From NCBI RefSeq assembly GCF_009914755.1, contig NC_060926.1: 64,000 nt of DNA, one strand, 5' to 3'. Positions within the stretch are counted from its first letter, which is position 1. The number at the start of each line of letters is the position of its first letter. The notes below the pieces were generated by a model. It saw only the letters and a program-made list of their open reading frames with translations. It was not told the origin of the DNA and made no database searches. The stretch comes from the human T2T-CHM13v2.0 reference genome, Homo sapiens. The position numbers and the translations under genes are program-made. Positions 1-13,089 of the stretch are shown one piece after another.

Positions 1-452
1 TATTTTTAAGAGCTCTTTGTTGCTTTATGAACTTTGTTTTATTCCTTTTAAGCATAGCTATTGTATGGGTGCAATATTTGTTCATTTCTCTGAGGGTATA
101 AAAGTCTTTTTGAAGTTTTCTTCTGCTGTTTGCCTTATTGATCTTTCCTTAGGGTTATTTATTTTTTCTTTTTATTTATGTTAGTCTCCTCTGGCTTTTA
201 TGGTACAGGATTCCCACAAATGCTGGGTGAACCTTACATTGTTCATATTTGAGTGAGTCTCTAGTCTGTCCTTCGTGATTGGTGGTGGTTTTCCCTGTGA
301 GGTAATTCTGTGTCTTGTTGGGCCCCTTAAATGTCTAGATTTATAGGTTTGGATTTTTTTTTTAACTGATTCGTGTCTCTATAGAGCAGCAGTTCCTTAA
401 CCATTAGTCTCATGACCTTTTTACACACTTAAAAATTGAGGACTTTATAGAC

Positions 453-744
453 TAGTACTGTCCAATAGAAATATAATGCAAATCAAAAATACAAGCTACA
501 TATGCAATTTAAAAGTTTCTAGTAGCTACAGTAAGTTTAAAAACGTAAAGCTGATATTTCCCAATAAATCCAAAATATTTTTAACATGTAACTAATATAA
601 AAATCGAGCAATATTACATTTTTTTATACTGTCTTTAAAATCCAATATATATTTTATACTTAGAGTATATCTCAATTCAGACTAATCATATTTCAAGGGT
701 TCAGGGGCCACATGTGACTAGTCACCACCATGTGGACAGCCCAG
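453..744 (-). mobile_element. MER33 (hAT-Charlie MITE) nested in Charlie1a
   Basis: Termini tagtactgtccaatagaaatataatgc and ggccacatgtgactagtcacc...tggacagcccag. Confidence 0.8.
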
Positions 745-872
745 CTATGGAGCTTCTGTTTATGTGAGTTATATCTACTAATATTTACTGTATTGGAAAC
801 TAAAACTGAGATATTACAAAAATAGTCACTTCATTTTAAAATAATGCCAAAACTCACTTCATGTTAACACAG

Positions 873-1269
873 TGATATGGTCTAGGTCTGTGTCCCCACC
901 CAAATTTTATGTTGAATTGTAATCCCCATTGTTGGAGGTGGGGCCTGTTGGGGGATATTTAAATCATGGGGGCAGTTTCTCATGAGTGGTTTAGTACCAT
1001 CCTCTTGGTGCTGTCCTGGTGATAGTTCTCACAAGATCTGGTTGTTTAAAAGTGTGTGGTACCTCCTCATTCTCTCTCTCTTGCTCCTGCTCCTCCTCCC
1101 GCTTCACCTTCTGCCATGATTGGAAGCTTCCTGAGGTTTTCCCAGAAGCAGATGCTTGTGTTATGCTTCCTCTATATCCTGCAGAACCATGAGCCAATTA
1201 AAACTCTTTCTTTATAAATTATGCAATCTCAGGTATTTCTTTATAGCAATGCAAGAACGGCCTAATACA
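873..1269 (+). mobile_element. MaLR solo LTR (MSTB-like)
   Basis: tgatatgg...ctaataca termini, MST body (gtaatcccc, ccatgattggaagcttcctgagg); degenerate 5-bp TSD cacag/cgcaa. Confidence 0.9.
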
Positions 1270-2282
1270 CGCAAATTACTCACTTTTATGTGAGGTAAAT
1301 GTTTTTCCAAGACAGAATTTATTAAGAGTGGTGTTTTACATTTTTGCAGATCTTAATGTTTGTCTTAATGTAGAAGATAGTTAGATCTTCATATCTGCTT
1401 TAGCGTTCAATCTTTTTTTAATATGTTATTTTTCTTTTAAGTATAGAAAGAAATTCTGGCCCTCACAAACAGGTAGTTGGAAAAGGGATGAATATTTTCA
1501 TAGTCTTTTCAGATAATTCTGGATGTTCTCCTTTGATACTACACCAAAACTCAGCAATTGGTGGTTTCTTAAAGGTTAGTTGCAATGCGGAATCTAAAAT
1601 CATATCAATGCTTTTCCTATTCTGTCACATTAAAATCCATTTGTCTGTCTTGTCCTTTGAATGCCTCTTTTATACATGAATGAGTTTGTAACTTGTTATA
1701 ACACACATTGGTCATTTGAAAAACATTGGTTGACTGACTTATGCTAATCTTCCAAACGCTGACACATCTCATTGTACAGTATTAAAATATCATATTTGCT
1801 TATCACCATCAGTCTCATCAGAAAAATCAGAAAAATTGGGAAATTGTCAAGCTCAGTGTGGTGTATAGTTTATCCAAACCCCAACTTCTGCTTGAAAGTT
1901 TGAATTTTACGTTGGCAATGAGCACTGTCAGTTGTTATCCTTGAAGCGACAGGCTTACTGTGTTTACTTTTTAGACAGCGTCTGCCAAATACCCAAATCT
2001 GAATAACCGTGGTTTCTCTGTCAGTCAGTTTTTGAAGTGAAAATGCTGTTCCATGAAAAAACTACTGGTTCAGTTTGACAATGAAAATAGTGCATGCATT
2101 TTTTTTCCTGAAGGTAACTCTCATACTTTGGAATGCAGCAGAAGTGCTTTATAGGTACACTTCATTTTATCACACAGAATATTGAAAAGACATGTAATCA
2201 AAAGTTGAGATTTAATAAAGTAAGTTTTACTGCCTCATCAAGTTCTTGAAGTCAGCTTTTTAAACTACAGGTATTGACAAAG

Positions 2283-3090
2283 CCTAAAATGGATAGACCT
2301 ACATGTACCATGCACAACTGTAAAACTCTTAGGACATAGGAGAAAACCTAGATGACCTTGAGTATGGCAATGACTTTTTAGGTACAACACCAAAGGCACA
2401 GTACATTAAAGAAATAATTGATTACCTGGATTTTCATAAAACTAAGAATTTCTGTTTTGTGAAACACACGGTGGAGAGAATGAGATGATAAGCCAAAGAC
2501 TGGAAGAACATATTTGCAAAAGGCACCTGATAAAAACGTGTTATCTAAAATATGCAAAGAATATTTTTAACTTTCCAATAAGAAAATGAAAAACCCAATT
2601 AAGAAATGGGCCAAAGACCTGAACAGACACCTCAACAAAGAGGTACAGATGGTAAATAAGCACATGAAAAGATGATCCACATCATATGTCATCAGGGAAA
2701 TGCAAATTAAAACAACAGTGAGTTACTACTGCACATCTATTAGAGTGGCCAAGACCCAGGACACTGACAACACCAAATGCTATTGAGAACGTGGAGCAAC
2801 AGGAACTCGTTCATTACTGGTGGGAACGCAAAATGAAACAGCCACTTTGGAAGACAGTTTGGCAGTTTTTAAAGAAGCTAAACATACCCTGACTGTATGA
2901 TCCAGCAATTGTGCTCCCTGATATTTACTCAAAGGAGTTGAAAACTTATGTTCACACAAAAATCTGCACATGTATATTTATAGCAGCTTTACTCATAATG
3001 GCCAAAACTTGGAAGCAACCAAGGTGTTCCTCAGTAGGTGAGAGACTGAATAAATGATGGTACATCCAGACAATGGAATATTATTCAGTG
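2283..3090 (+). mobile_element. Old L1 (L1MC-like) ORF2 3' end / 3'UTR fragment
   Basis: ggagaaaacctagatgaccttgagtatggcaatgac, gaaatgcaaattaaaacaacagtgag, tatgatccagcaattgtgctcc. Confidence 0.85.
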
Positions 3091-3106
3091 AATGGGAAGT
3101 CCTGCG

Positions 3107-4527
3107 TGTAGTGGTGTGTGTCTCTTTGGACTGAGTTGTGAGGGCTGAACTGAAAGTGGCAGGAACATGCCATTTTAGCATAATGCTAACATTACATTAG
3201 ATTTGGCCAATATGTCAGTGTGCAGTATGTGTTAAGTTCTTTCGTCCCTTAAACTTCATTATCTCTGTCCAAACTATTTTTATTTGGACTTTATATACTT
3301 CTTTCCAAACCTTTTATAAAATTTCTCCTTTAAAAACCCATGCCAAAGTTTTTTCTCTCCACGGCCTTCCAGATTTCTCAAATGTTCCAAATGTTCCATC
3401 TCCCTTCCCAGGGTTCCTCTTTTGGAAAGCTGTTGTGATATTATTCTTCCTTCTGGAAAGCTTGCAGAGTTAGGGGTTACATTAAGTCTGGGGTAAATTT
3501 ATACAGGTAAATGGTACAACCTCAAGCCTTCTGTGGAAATCAGCTGGCCTCTCCTGATGATACTTTAATCTCATCTTGATTCTTTCAAGCCTCCTTTAGC
3601 CTGTGACTGTAGATGAACTTAAATCACAGAAGTGACTATGACCCTTTACTTTGCCTAACAATTCTTCTTTCTTCTAGACATAGTTGAAATGCCATCTTTT
3701 TTCTGTTGCTTTCCCAGGTAAAAATCAGTCTTGCAGGGCAGACTAGGTCTTTTTGGGGAGATGGACAGACCCAATTTGCATATCCACATAAGCCAAGCCA
3801 AGGCAACTAGCATGAATGTACAAGCATGTGGAATGCTTTCCAACATTTTTTTTTCTTTTTTTAAACTTTCCAACTTTTAGTTTAGGTTCAAGGGGTACAT
3901 GTGCAGGTTTGTTACATGGGTAAATTGTGTGTTGCAGGGGTTTGGTGTACAGACAATTTTGTCACCCAAGTAACCAGTGTAACACTCAAGAGGTAACTCC
4001 CACTCTCCACCCTCAAGGAGGCCCTGATGTCTGCTGTTCCCTTCTTTGTGTCCATGTGTACTCAATGTTCAGCTTCCACTTATAAGTGACAGTATGCAGT
4101 ATTTGGTTTTCTGTTCCTGTGTTAAGTTGCTTAGGATAATGGCCTCCAGCTCCATTCACGTTGTTGCAAAGGACATGATCTCATTCTTTTTCTGGCTGCA
4201 CAGTATTCTGTGATGTATATGTACCACATTTCCTTTAGCCAGTCCACTGTTGATAGGCATCTAGGTTGATTCCATGTCTTTGTGATTGTGAATAGTGCTA
4301 TGATGAACATACACGTGCATGAGTCTTTATGGCAGAGCAATTTCTATTTCCAACATTTTTAACCATGTAATTGTGCTTTCTCCAAAGTTATTTCTTCCAA
4401 TGCCCATGGACAGTGGAGAGAACGTTTTCTTGTTTATTGTCTCTTTTTGCAAAAACATTTCTTATCTGAACTGCTGCTCTTCTTACTGGGCCATGTTTAT
4501 GTCCTAGAATTTTCACCCGGGATCACA
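3107..4527 (-). mobile_element. Possible ancient LTR (family unassigned), split by an L1PA insertion
   Basis: TG...CA bounded, ~900 bp after removing the L1; minus-strand AATAAA at 3279-3284; no TSD visible. Confidence 0.3.
3851..4346 (-). mobile_element. 5'-truncated L1PA15-17-like 3' end
   Basis: Poly(T), then ggggtacatgtgcaggtttgttacatgggtaaattg; 14-bp TSD tttccaacattttt at 3837-3850 and 4347-4360. Confidence 0.92.
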
Positions 4528-4579
4528 AACTAGCATATAGAGGGAACAGTGTGCCCTGAATAGTGCTGTGGCATGGAGT

Positions 4580-4785
4580 GTGTGCAGTGGAAAGGGCACA
4601 GACCCTTGGATCACAAAGACCTGGATTGGAAACCCATATCTGCCATGTACCACTGGAGGGACCTCTGACTAGTAATTTCAGTCTCAGCTTCTACATGTAT
4701 AAAATTATATTTTATTGGGTTATAGTGATGATTTAGGTCAATGAGTTAATATGGATAAAGTGCTATTCAGAGTGGTTGGAACACT
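4580..4785 (+). mobile_element. MIR SINE
   Basis: gcagtggaaagggcacagac...agacctggatt...tcagtctcagcttctacatgtataaaat...gagttaatatggataaagtgct. Confidence 0.75.
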
Positions 4786-6226
4786 GTGATCACACTCTTA
4801 GTGGACATGTCCACAACTGCAACAGTGACAGTGTCACCTGAAAGTTTGGGTTGGGAACTCTTAACTCCTAGAAACATTTCTTTGCATTATGAAGTCATTT
4901 ATAAGCAACTTCTTTTACAATAATAATGCTTAGGAGTAAAATATTAAGCTTCTAATTTCCTAATGTGACTTATTTATTAGTGTATTTCTTGCAATTAAGG
5001 CAGCCAGAGTTGCTAGACTCTTTTGACATGAGAAAGGACTTATGAAATAAGTAGCAGAGAAGAAAGGAAAAGTAGGACTGAACCCCTCTAGTTTTATCTA
5101 GGAATATCTTGTTTGACAGTCTTCATATTTGTATGTTTAATTCCTACACTTGGCTTAATGGACTTGGGAGTCTATTTTTCCTTCTTTATTTTCCTTATGA
5201 TTTTTCTATCTTATTTTGTTCATTTGGTAGTTACATAATAAATATTTTCCTGAATAAATGATTCTTTTTGTTTTCTCTTCTTCCATCTGTCTTTACATTA
5301 GCGTATTGGTTTCTTTTGCTCAGTATATTGTTACTGAGTTAGTCTCTACCCTAAATCACTTGATTTTCTGTCTGACTGTGCTCTTTTTGCTTTGAGAGAA
5401 ACCTTCATCTTCACCTCTTTTTAGTCCGTTGTGCTAGAGGGCTGGATATTGGGTTTGTGGCTGTTCAGCAAGGTTGCAATGCTGAGAATGAAGAAGGTCA
5501 GCTTCTGGACATCACTTCACATTCTAAATGTGTGCCATCCAGCAGCCTCACTGCATGACCACTGCTGAGCTCATGTCTTCAAGCTCTCTGAAAGCTGAGG
5601 GATGGTTTCAGGAGAATTAATTGGCAGGCATTTCATCATGGGCTACTAGTGACAGCATACAGAGCTGTTCTTTCCCAGTTCACTCATTTCTTCTTTTGCA
5701 AAAGTAAAAATGTCTTGAGCATATTTCAAGTATGTTGCTAGTTGTCACTAGTATCAAACAGTTTTATATATATAATATGCTTCACAGCAGCGTGAGTGAC
5801 ATGACAAAAATAAGAGCAAAAGAGCAGGTTTTTTTTAAGGAACCAAGGTACTCTAAGTTGACTCACTGGTAAGGAAGAATAAGCCACAATTCTTGATTGC
5901 AGAGGTGTTGCTTTATTGCCGCATTAACTGCAAGCTCCCATCAGAATATGACTTCTGGGTGTCCATTTCTAAGACCACGTGAACCGATCTTGTTACCACA
6001 CCAGGCGTGCCCTACACAAGCAAGAGTTAGAAGACAAAGATACAACTTCAGACCTGTAGCAGAAAGAAGAATGCCAACAGAGTGTAATTGTTTAGAAATA
6101 AGAGAAGGGACGGTATCAGGGTAGTCCAACTTACTTTCTGATAATAATGGCTTAACACAGGCAGGTGTACTTCTTGAGCACACTGGGTACTCCGTGTGAG
6201 TGGGAAGGGTGCTCTACTTATTGTAG

Positions 6227-6576
<350 letters not shown>

Positions 6577-6606
<30 letters not shown>

Positions 6607-6711
6607 TCATGCACCTTTCTTGGGTTACAGGTGTTAGCCACCTCACCCGGCCCATGAACCTTTCTTGGGTTACAGGTGTGAGCCACCTTACCCGGTCCAT
6701 GCACCTTTCTT
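6577..6711. repeat. 45-bp tandem repeat x3 (Alu 5' end + TSD)
   Basis: tacagg recurs at 6581, 6626 and 6671. Confidence 0.95.
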
Positions 6712-8959
6712 AAAGGCTACAGCCCAGAAGTGGCATACTTCATCTCTGTTATGATTCACTGGCCAAAGTAAGTCGCAGCACTGTACTTTAACATCAGAGG
6801 GGACAGGGAAGTGTGATGCTGTCATGTCCTGGGAGGAAGAAGAACTGGACTACCTATGAACAGGGCCGTTATCTACCATAGGTGGTATGCTGAAATAATG
6901 CCTGCTGCTGAGGAAGAAATGAGAAGGTGTTAGAGTCAAGTCTGAACTCACAGCCACTTGTGTAGGTTAACAATAAAAAGCATGTATAGAGGGCACTAAC
7001 TGTATACGTAGTCCTGTACTGTAGGTTAGCTGTGTAGGCAAGTTGGAGCCCAGAATGCTTGATGGGAAGTATGTACTTTCAGCAATAGTGGTGGCTACCT
7101 GTGCCAAGAAATCTCTGTTTTGATGATCTGAGAGTGCTAGGGGAATGGGGCAAGGAACAGAGGAGTTTGAAGAAGTTGCGTCCGTTATTCTGAGTGCCCT
7201 TTCCCTATGCTGAGAGACTTTGATCTACACTTATAGCAAGTTACAGATACAGAACAGTTTTAATTATTTAGAAATGTGAGTACCTGTGTTTCACTGTAAT
7301 GTAAAGAATACGCTAGTGTCCTGGACATCAAAATAAGAGGAATGCCAAGCTTATATGTACCTCTGTGGGGTTTTTCTTGAGGGCTTGAAAGGAATTCTAA
7401 CTTCAGTAGCACACACTAGGTATTCAATAAACATCTTAGTAGATGGATTACAAAAGATTAAAAGAATGTTACCATCTCATGGATAATTCAAACAGTAGCT
7501 AAAAAAACTGAAAGCTGTAGGAAGGTATTAACTGTCAAAAGGTTGGGGTTAGGACGACAAAACTTCTAACGCAATGCAGGACATCTGTGGATGTGTATTC
7601 TTTTTTTCCCCTTTGCACTAAACTGGACACTGTGAGTAGTTTATTGTTTCATTTGTGTATTTGCTCCTACCTACCCTTTAAAACCTCTTGAACGCTATGC
7701 TTTAATAAGTTCTATAAACTTAGTTTAGACATAATATTTCTACTAAATAATGCTATCCCAAGTAGCCAGTTTATAATATCCTTGAATTAATTTTGACTGT
7801 GCTTAACATAGCTTGGGAATGGAGAAGTTGAGTAAAATATTCTAATATATCAGTCTGACTTTTCTCCATTTTAAATCTATAATATTGATTTGTTTTGGAA
7901 ATTTCTTATAAATAAAGCGGTATATTTAACTTTGTAGCTTTATTCTGAACTTGACAAAACATTTCTAGAAACCTTTTATCTAGTTTTTCCTAAATAGCTT
8001 TCTGTGGTCTCTGCCCATTATCTTAAACAAAGTCTGTCTTTGAGTCAGGGAGAAAAGAGAAAATTATTCAACAGTCTATCTAAATTAGCCATTATTTAAT
8101 TTATCTGGGTCTATACAACTTGTAAACAGTGATAAGGAAGATCTTGTGGTGTTAAGGTGTGTCTCATATTCACCTGGTGGCTATCAATTACTTTCCTGTT
8201 TGAAAGTATCAGTTTGTACAATCATTGTTCTAATCTCACTTAGTTCATCTCTTGCTACTTTATCAGGGAGAACTGGTTATTTCAACTCTGACATAGGTCT
8301 AGTATTTCTTTCAAGGGGGTGAGGGGCAGAGGGTAAAGAGTACACTATGGCTTCACATGTACAGTGACAGTTTGTAAGAGAAATGGAAATAGTGACAGCC
8401 CAGACTCGGACTCTGAGCAGGAACCCTTCAGTTTAGGTTCTACCTTTCTAATTAGATAGACAGGACAACTTGAGCATGCCTCTCATTGTGCTGTCTTTCC
8501 AGGATGATGTGCGTGATACTCACTAACTCAAAACACGCAACCAGCATTTCTGTTGGTGGAAATCCTGTACCTCCTTGGAGGGAGACTCAAGACCTGCTTC
8601 TTCCACAAAGCCCAACATCATTCTGTTGTGCAAAAGTGAGCCCTCTTCTCCCAACTCCCACGATACCCTCATTGTCCGTGTATGGCATTTGCTGTTGAGG
8701 ATATATAGCTCATTCAGTATACAATTACATACAACTCATTTCCTCGATGAATCAGAAACTCTTTGAGATTAAAAAGAGCTCACGTGTTTGAGCCTTTGTA
8801 TGTTACTGGCTTTTAGGTTAAACATGTCACATTAACTCTATTAATCATTGGAGTATTAGACTATAATATTAATTCATTTTATAATCTTTATTTATAGAAT
8901 TATATTTATATACTACTATTATATAGCCGTATTTATGATGCATATTATATTTATTACAT

Positions 8960-9085
8960 TGCTATTATTATTTTTATGGATGATAAAACAGTCATAAGAG
9001 GGTAAGTAACATGTCTAAGGTGGTATAGTAATGACAAGGCCAGCTATAAATTCAGATCTTCCAACTCTTTAACCTTTTACACCAC
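8960..9085 (-). mobile_element. MIR fragment
   Basis: tttttatggatgataaaacag...agagggtaagtaacatgtctaaggt core. Confidence 0.6.
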
Positions 9086-9429
9086 TCTAGGCTTCATCCT
9101 TATATTCAACAAATTCTGTTGAATATAGTGTATTATCAGTAAACATTTGAGCTAGTGCTAGAACTTCTTTAATGTATAATGAGTTGGTAGAAAATCTGTA
9201 GCTTCAGATTAAAATATGCATAAGTTCTGTTAAAGTAAGTGAATATAGATATTTCTAAGTATGTTTGATACGTTCCCATTATGATATATGCCTCTTTCAT
9301 TTGCTTAGGCAGTGCTTTGTCAGAGATGGCAGACTATAAATTGGATCTTGAATTCTGAATTACTAGAATAAAGATTAGTGAGCATTCTTTTTGTGTAATA
9401 GTAGTTTTTGGCTGTATCCTTAGCCAGCA

Positions 9430-11480
9430 ATTTTTATTTTTTAAAACTCTTTGTTTTGAAATAATTATAGATTCACAGGAAATTTCAAAGATACCACAGG
9501 GAGGTCCCACATACTATTCACCCAGTTTCTTTCACTGGTTGAGTGTTAAATAGCTATAGGACAATATCAAAACCAGCATAAAAATCAGAATATTGGCATC
9601 TGTATAAAATGTGAGTATAGCTCGATGTTGTTACCTGTATAGATTAATGTCACCATTACAATCAAGATAAGGAACTATTCTACCATATTCTACCATCACA
9701 AAAACCTCCCTCGTGCCACCCCTTTATAGTCATACCCACACCCAGCACCCTCCACCATCCCTTTTTCCTTGCAATCAACAATCTTTTCTATATCTCTATA
9801 ATTTTGTCAATTAGAGTGTGTTGTGTAACTGAAATTATGCAGTCCATGACCTTTTGAGAATGACTTTTTTTTTCTACTTGGCATAATGTCATTGAGATAT
9901 ATCCAAGTTGTTGCATGTATCAATAATTCATTCCCTTTTTCTTTATTGTGGTAAGAACACTTAACATGAGATCTGTCCTCTTAACACTTTTGAACACATT
10001 TTAAGTATATAATACAGCAGTATTAACTATTGGCATAATGCTCCACAGCAGGTCTCTAGAACTGAATTATGTTGCATAAATGAAGAATTTATACCCATTG
10101 AATAGCAACTGCTTATTTCTCCCTGTCCCCAACTAACAGCCACCATTATACTCTGTGCTTCTATGTGTTTGAGTACTTTATGTACCTTGTGTAAGTAGAA
10201 TCTTGCAGCATTTGTCCTCTTGTAACTGGCTTATTTTGCATACCATAATGTCTACAGTTCTGTCCATGTCATTGGCAGGACTTTCTTTTTAGAGGCTGCA
10301 TAATATTCCATGGTATGTATATACTACATTTCTTTATTCATTCATCTGTTGGTGGACATTTAGAGTGAAATGTCCATCATTTAGAGTGAAAAGGCAGCCT
10401 GGGGAATGGGATAATGGGTTATATCCAAAATATGTAAGCAAATTCTATAACTCAATTGAAAAGAAAAGAAATCCCAAGCAATCTGGTTTAAAAAGTTGTC
10501 AAAGGACTTGAATAGATATTTCTCCAAAGAAGGACCTATGAATATGGCCAACAGGTATATGAAAAGATGTTCAAAATAAAAATCTCAATGAAATATAATC
10601 TCACACCAAGAAAACAAAAGATAGGTGTTGGCAGGGATGTGGAAAAATTGGAACTTTTGTACACTTGTTGGTTGGAATGTAAAATGGTACAGGCTACCGT
10701 GCAAAACAGTGAAAACTACTCAAAAAATGAAAAAATAGAAATATGTAATGCAGCAAATCATACTTCTGGGTACCTATACAAAAGAATTTAAATCAGAATC
10801 TTGAAAAGGTATTTGCATTTCCATATTCATTGCAGCATTTTTCACAATAGTCAAAATGTGGAAACAAACTCTTCTAATTGTTGAGTAGTGTTCCATGGTG
10901 TGGATATACTCTAGTTTGTTTAACCATTCACCTATCGTGGACATTCTGCTTGTTTCCAGTTTTTGGTTATCATAAATAAAGCTGTTATGAACAATCACAG
11001 ATAGGTTTTGTGTGGACAAAGGACAGAATTTTCATTTCTCTGAGATAAAGGCCCAGGGATGTGATCTCTGGGCCATATGTTAAGTGTATCTTTAGTTATT
11101 TGGTAAACTGTCAAACGATTTTCCAGAGTAGCTGTACTGCTTTCTACTGTCACCAGTAATGTATAAGAGATCCAGTGTTTCTCTATCCTCACCAGCATTT
11201 GATATTGTCACTATTTAATTCTTCGGTCATTCTAATAATTGTGTAGTGATATCTCATTGTGGGTTTAGTTTACATTTCCCTAATGGCTAGTGATGTTGAA
11301 CCTTTTTTTGTGTACTGATTTGCCTTCAGCTAAATCTTTCTTAATGTCTTTAACCCATTTTCAATTGGCTTTTGTTTTCTACGGTTGCATTTTGAGAGGT
11401 ATTTTTATATTCTAGATGAGTCCTTTGTAAGATATACGGTTTGGAAATATTTTTTTCTCTGTAGCTTGTCTTTTCATCCT
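9430..11480 (-). mobile_element. L1MC/MD-like 3' region, interrupted at ~9935-10868 by another L1
   Basis: gattcacaggaaatttcaaagataccacagggaggtccc...; host sequence caataattcattcc resumes as ttgttgagtagtgttccatgg at ~10879. Confidence 0.85.
9935..10868 (-). mobile_element. L1MB1/2-like insertion with an inverted 5' segment (10381-10868 reads on +)
   Basis: 3' end ttattgtggtaagaacacttaacatgagatct on minus; + segment agagtgaaaaggcagcct...gtggaaacaa. Confidence 0.85.
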
Positions 11481-11612
11481 CATTTTTATTTATTTAAGGT
11501 AGAGATGAATCTTTTACCCAGGACAATTGTTGTGGATTCAAAAATAAAAATATTGAATGGTGCCATGCCTGCATGCCCTCTGCTCTGTTAGAGATTCATG
11601 GGCAGAGGAAAG

Positions 11613-11627
11613 AGTGCCATCTACTGA
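11613..11627 (-). promoter_or_regulatory. Candidate CTCF motif
   Basis: Reverse complement TCAGTAGATGGCACT differs from CCAGYAGRKGGCRCT at one position; lies in non-repeat DNA; motif only. Confidence 0.35.
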
Positions 11628-13089
11628 AGCTTGGGCATCGGTTCTCCATGACAGCAACTGACAAGGGAGGGCAAGGAACATGCTCCTTTAAGATGCGGCT
11701 GAGAGGGCCATCCACCATTCATGTAGAAAGCATCACTCTTGCAATTTAGTGGAAAACCACAACTGATCCCTGCCAGGATAAGGGATTGTTGTTGACTTTG
11801 TACACTAAGTCTCTTGAAGCATTGACAATGAAGAAATTAAATAAAATACATGACATTGGTACCCAGCTGATTTCAGATCTCTCTCCTGCCTCAGCTTTCT
11901 TCGTTCCAATTAATTAAATTCTTCTCTCTAATTAAAGCAATACATTGCTATTAGCTCTAGGTATATTTATAACACATGCCTTGAAATGACATTTCCAAGG
12001 AAGACTGATCTAACCTTTGTTTTCGAACAAGTTATTTAGGTTATTTATAGATTTTTAGCTTTTTAAAATCTATGAAACGCTCATTTCATAATATTCCACA
12101 TATAATGAAAATTCCTTCCTTTTTGGAAGAAATAGGTGATGATTTACTGATGTATCACAGCTGTATTACCATCCTTTTCTATACTTTTTTAGTGTTGCAG
12201 AGACTAAATATGCTTAAAATTACAAAATTTGAGATTGGTTCACTTAGATGTATAGGGTATATTATTTTGAATTACCATGGAGTAGGAAATCCTAGTTTTC
12301 TGTATGTGAGATAAGTGGTAGCTTTAATATTTCTGGCATAAAGACTCATCAGTCATTTTTTGGAAAATTTAAAGTATTAATTTTTTGACTTTAGTTTTAT
12401 AGGAGTACTTAAAATTTGGTAGGTGAACAATTAGAAGTAGTAATCCCCATGGACTGACAATTTGGGTGAGTTTGGATACATGTCTGGGTGGCAGATTTTT
12501 GAAATGCCCTAATAAATAACTAAAGAGAAAGCCAACACCACATTACATGTTTGGCAAATCAGTTTTCTGTGTGGTACTCTTTTCCCCTCAAAGTATGGCA
12601 GGGAATCTGATTTCAAAAATTAAACATACTCAGCTATGAATTCCTTGCCTTTTTCCTTACTTTTTTTCTTTTCAAGAGCCTATTTTACTGAGAAGCAGTG
12701 TAGCTGCTTTCACATTCATCTGCTACTACTGTGGCAAATGTTTCCACCAAAAATGCTTGATATTGCTATTTGGAGTACCCATGAATTTAAAGGAAGTAGA
12801 CATAATTATACATTATTTGAATACAGATAGACGATAAATATGATTTCAAGTTTTTTTTTTTACATATTTAAAAAAAGTCTGGGTAAAAACAAACCTGTTA
12901 GAAATATGAAGCTCTGAAACAAAATTCTAAAAATCTGTAGTAAATGTATTTTTTCCCTCTGTATTTTTGGATTCTTAAAATCCTCTTCTTTCAAACTTTT
13001 GATAAATACAATTGAACTTTTCAATAATATCAGTTTTGTGATGTGTTTGTTTTATTATCTAGCTTTCCCCCACTCCCAGTTTTGAAAGA

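Larger units (their letters stand above)
387..2250 (-). mobile_element. Charlie1a-like hAT DNA transposon, interrupted by MER33 and an MST LTR
   Basis: Terminus cagcagttccttaa...catgacctttttacacacttaaaaattgaggac; resumes after MER33 (gagcttctgtttatgtgagttatatct) and after the LTR; colinear with the second copy at 47817-49197. Confidence 0.8.

Noticed and set aside
5897-6110. CpG-containing patch with overlapping ORFs
   Set aside because: No recognisable protein; only a faint CR1-like resemblance, too weak to call
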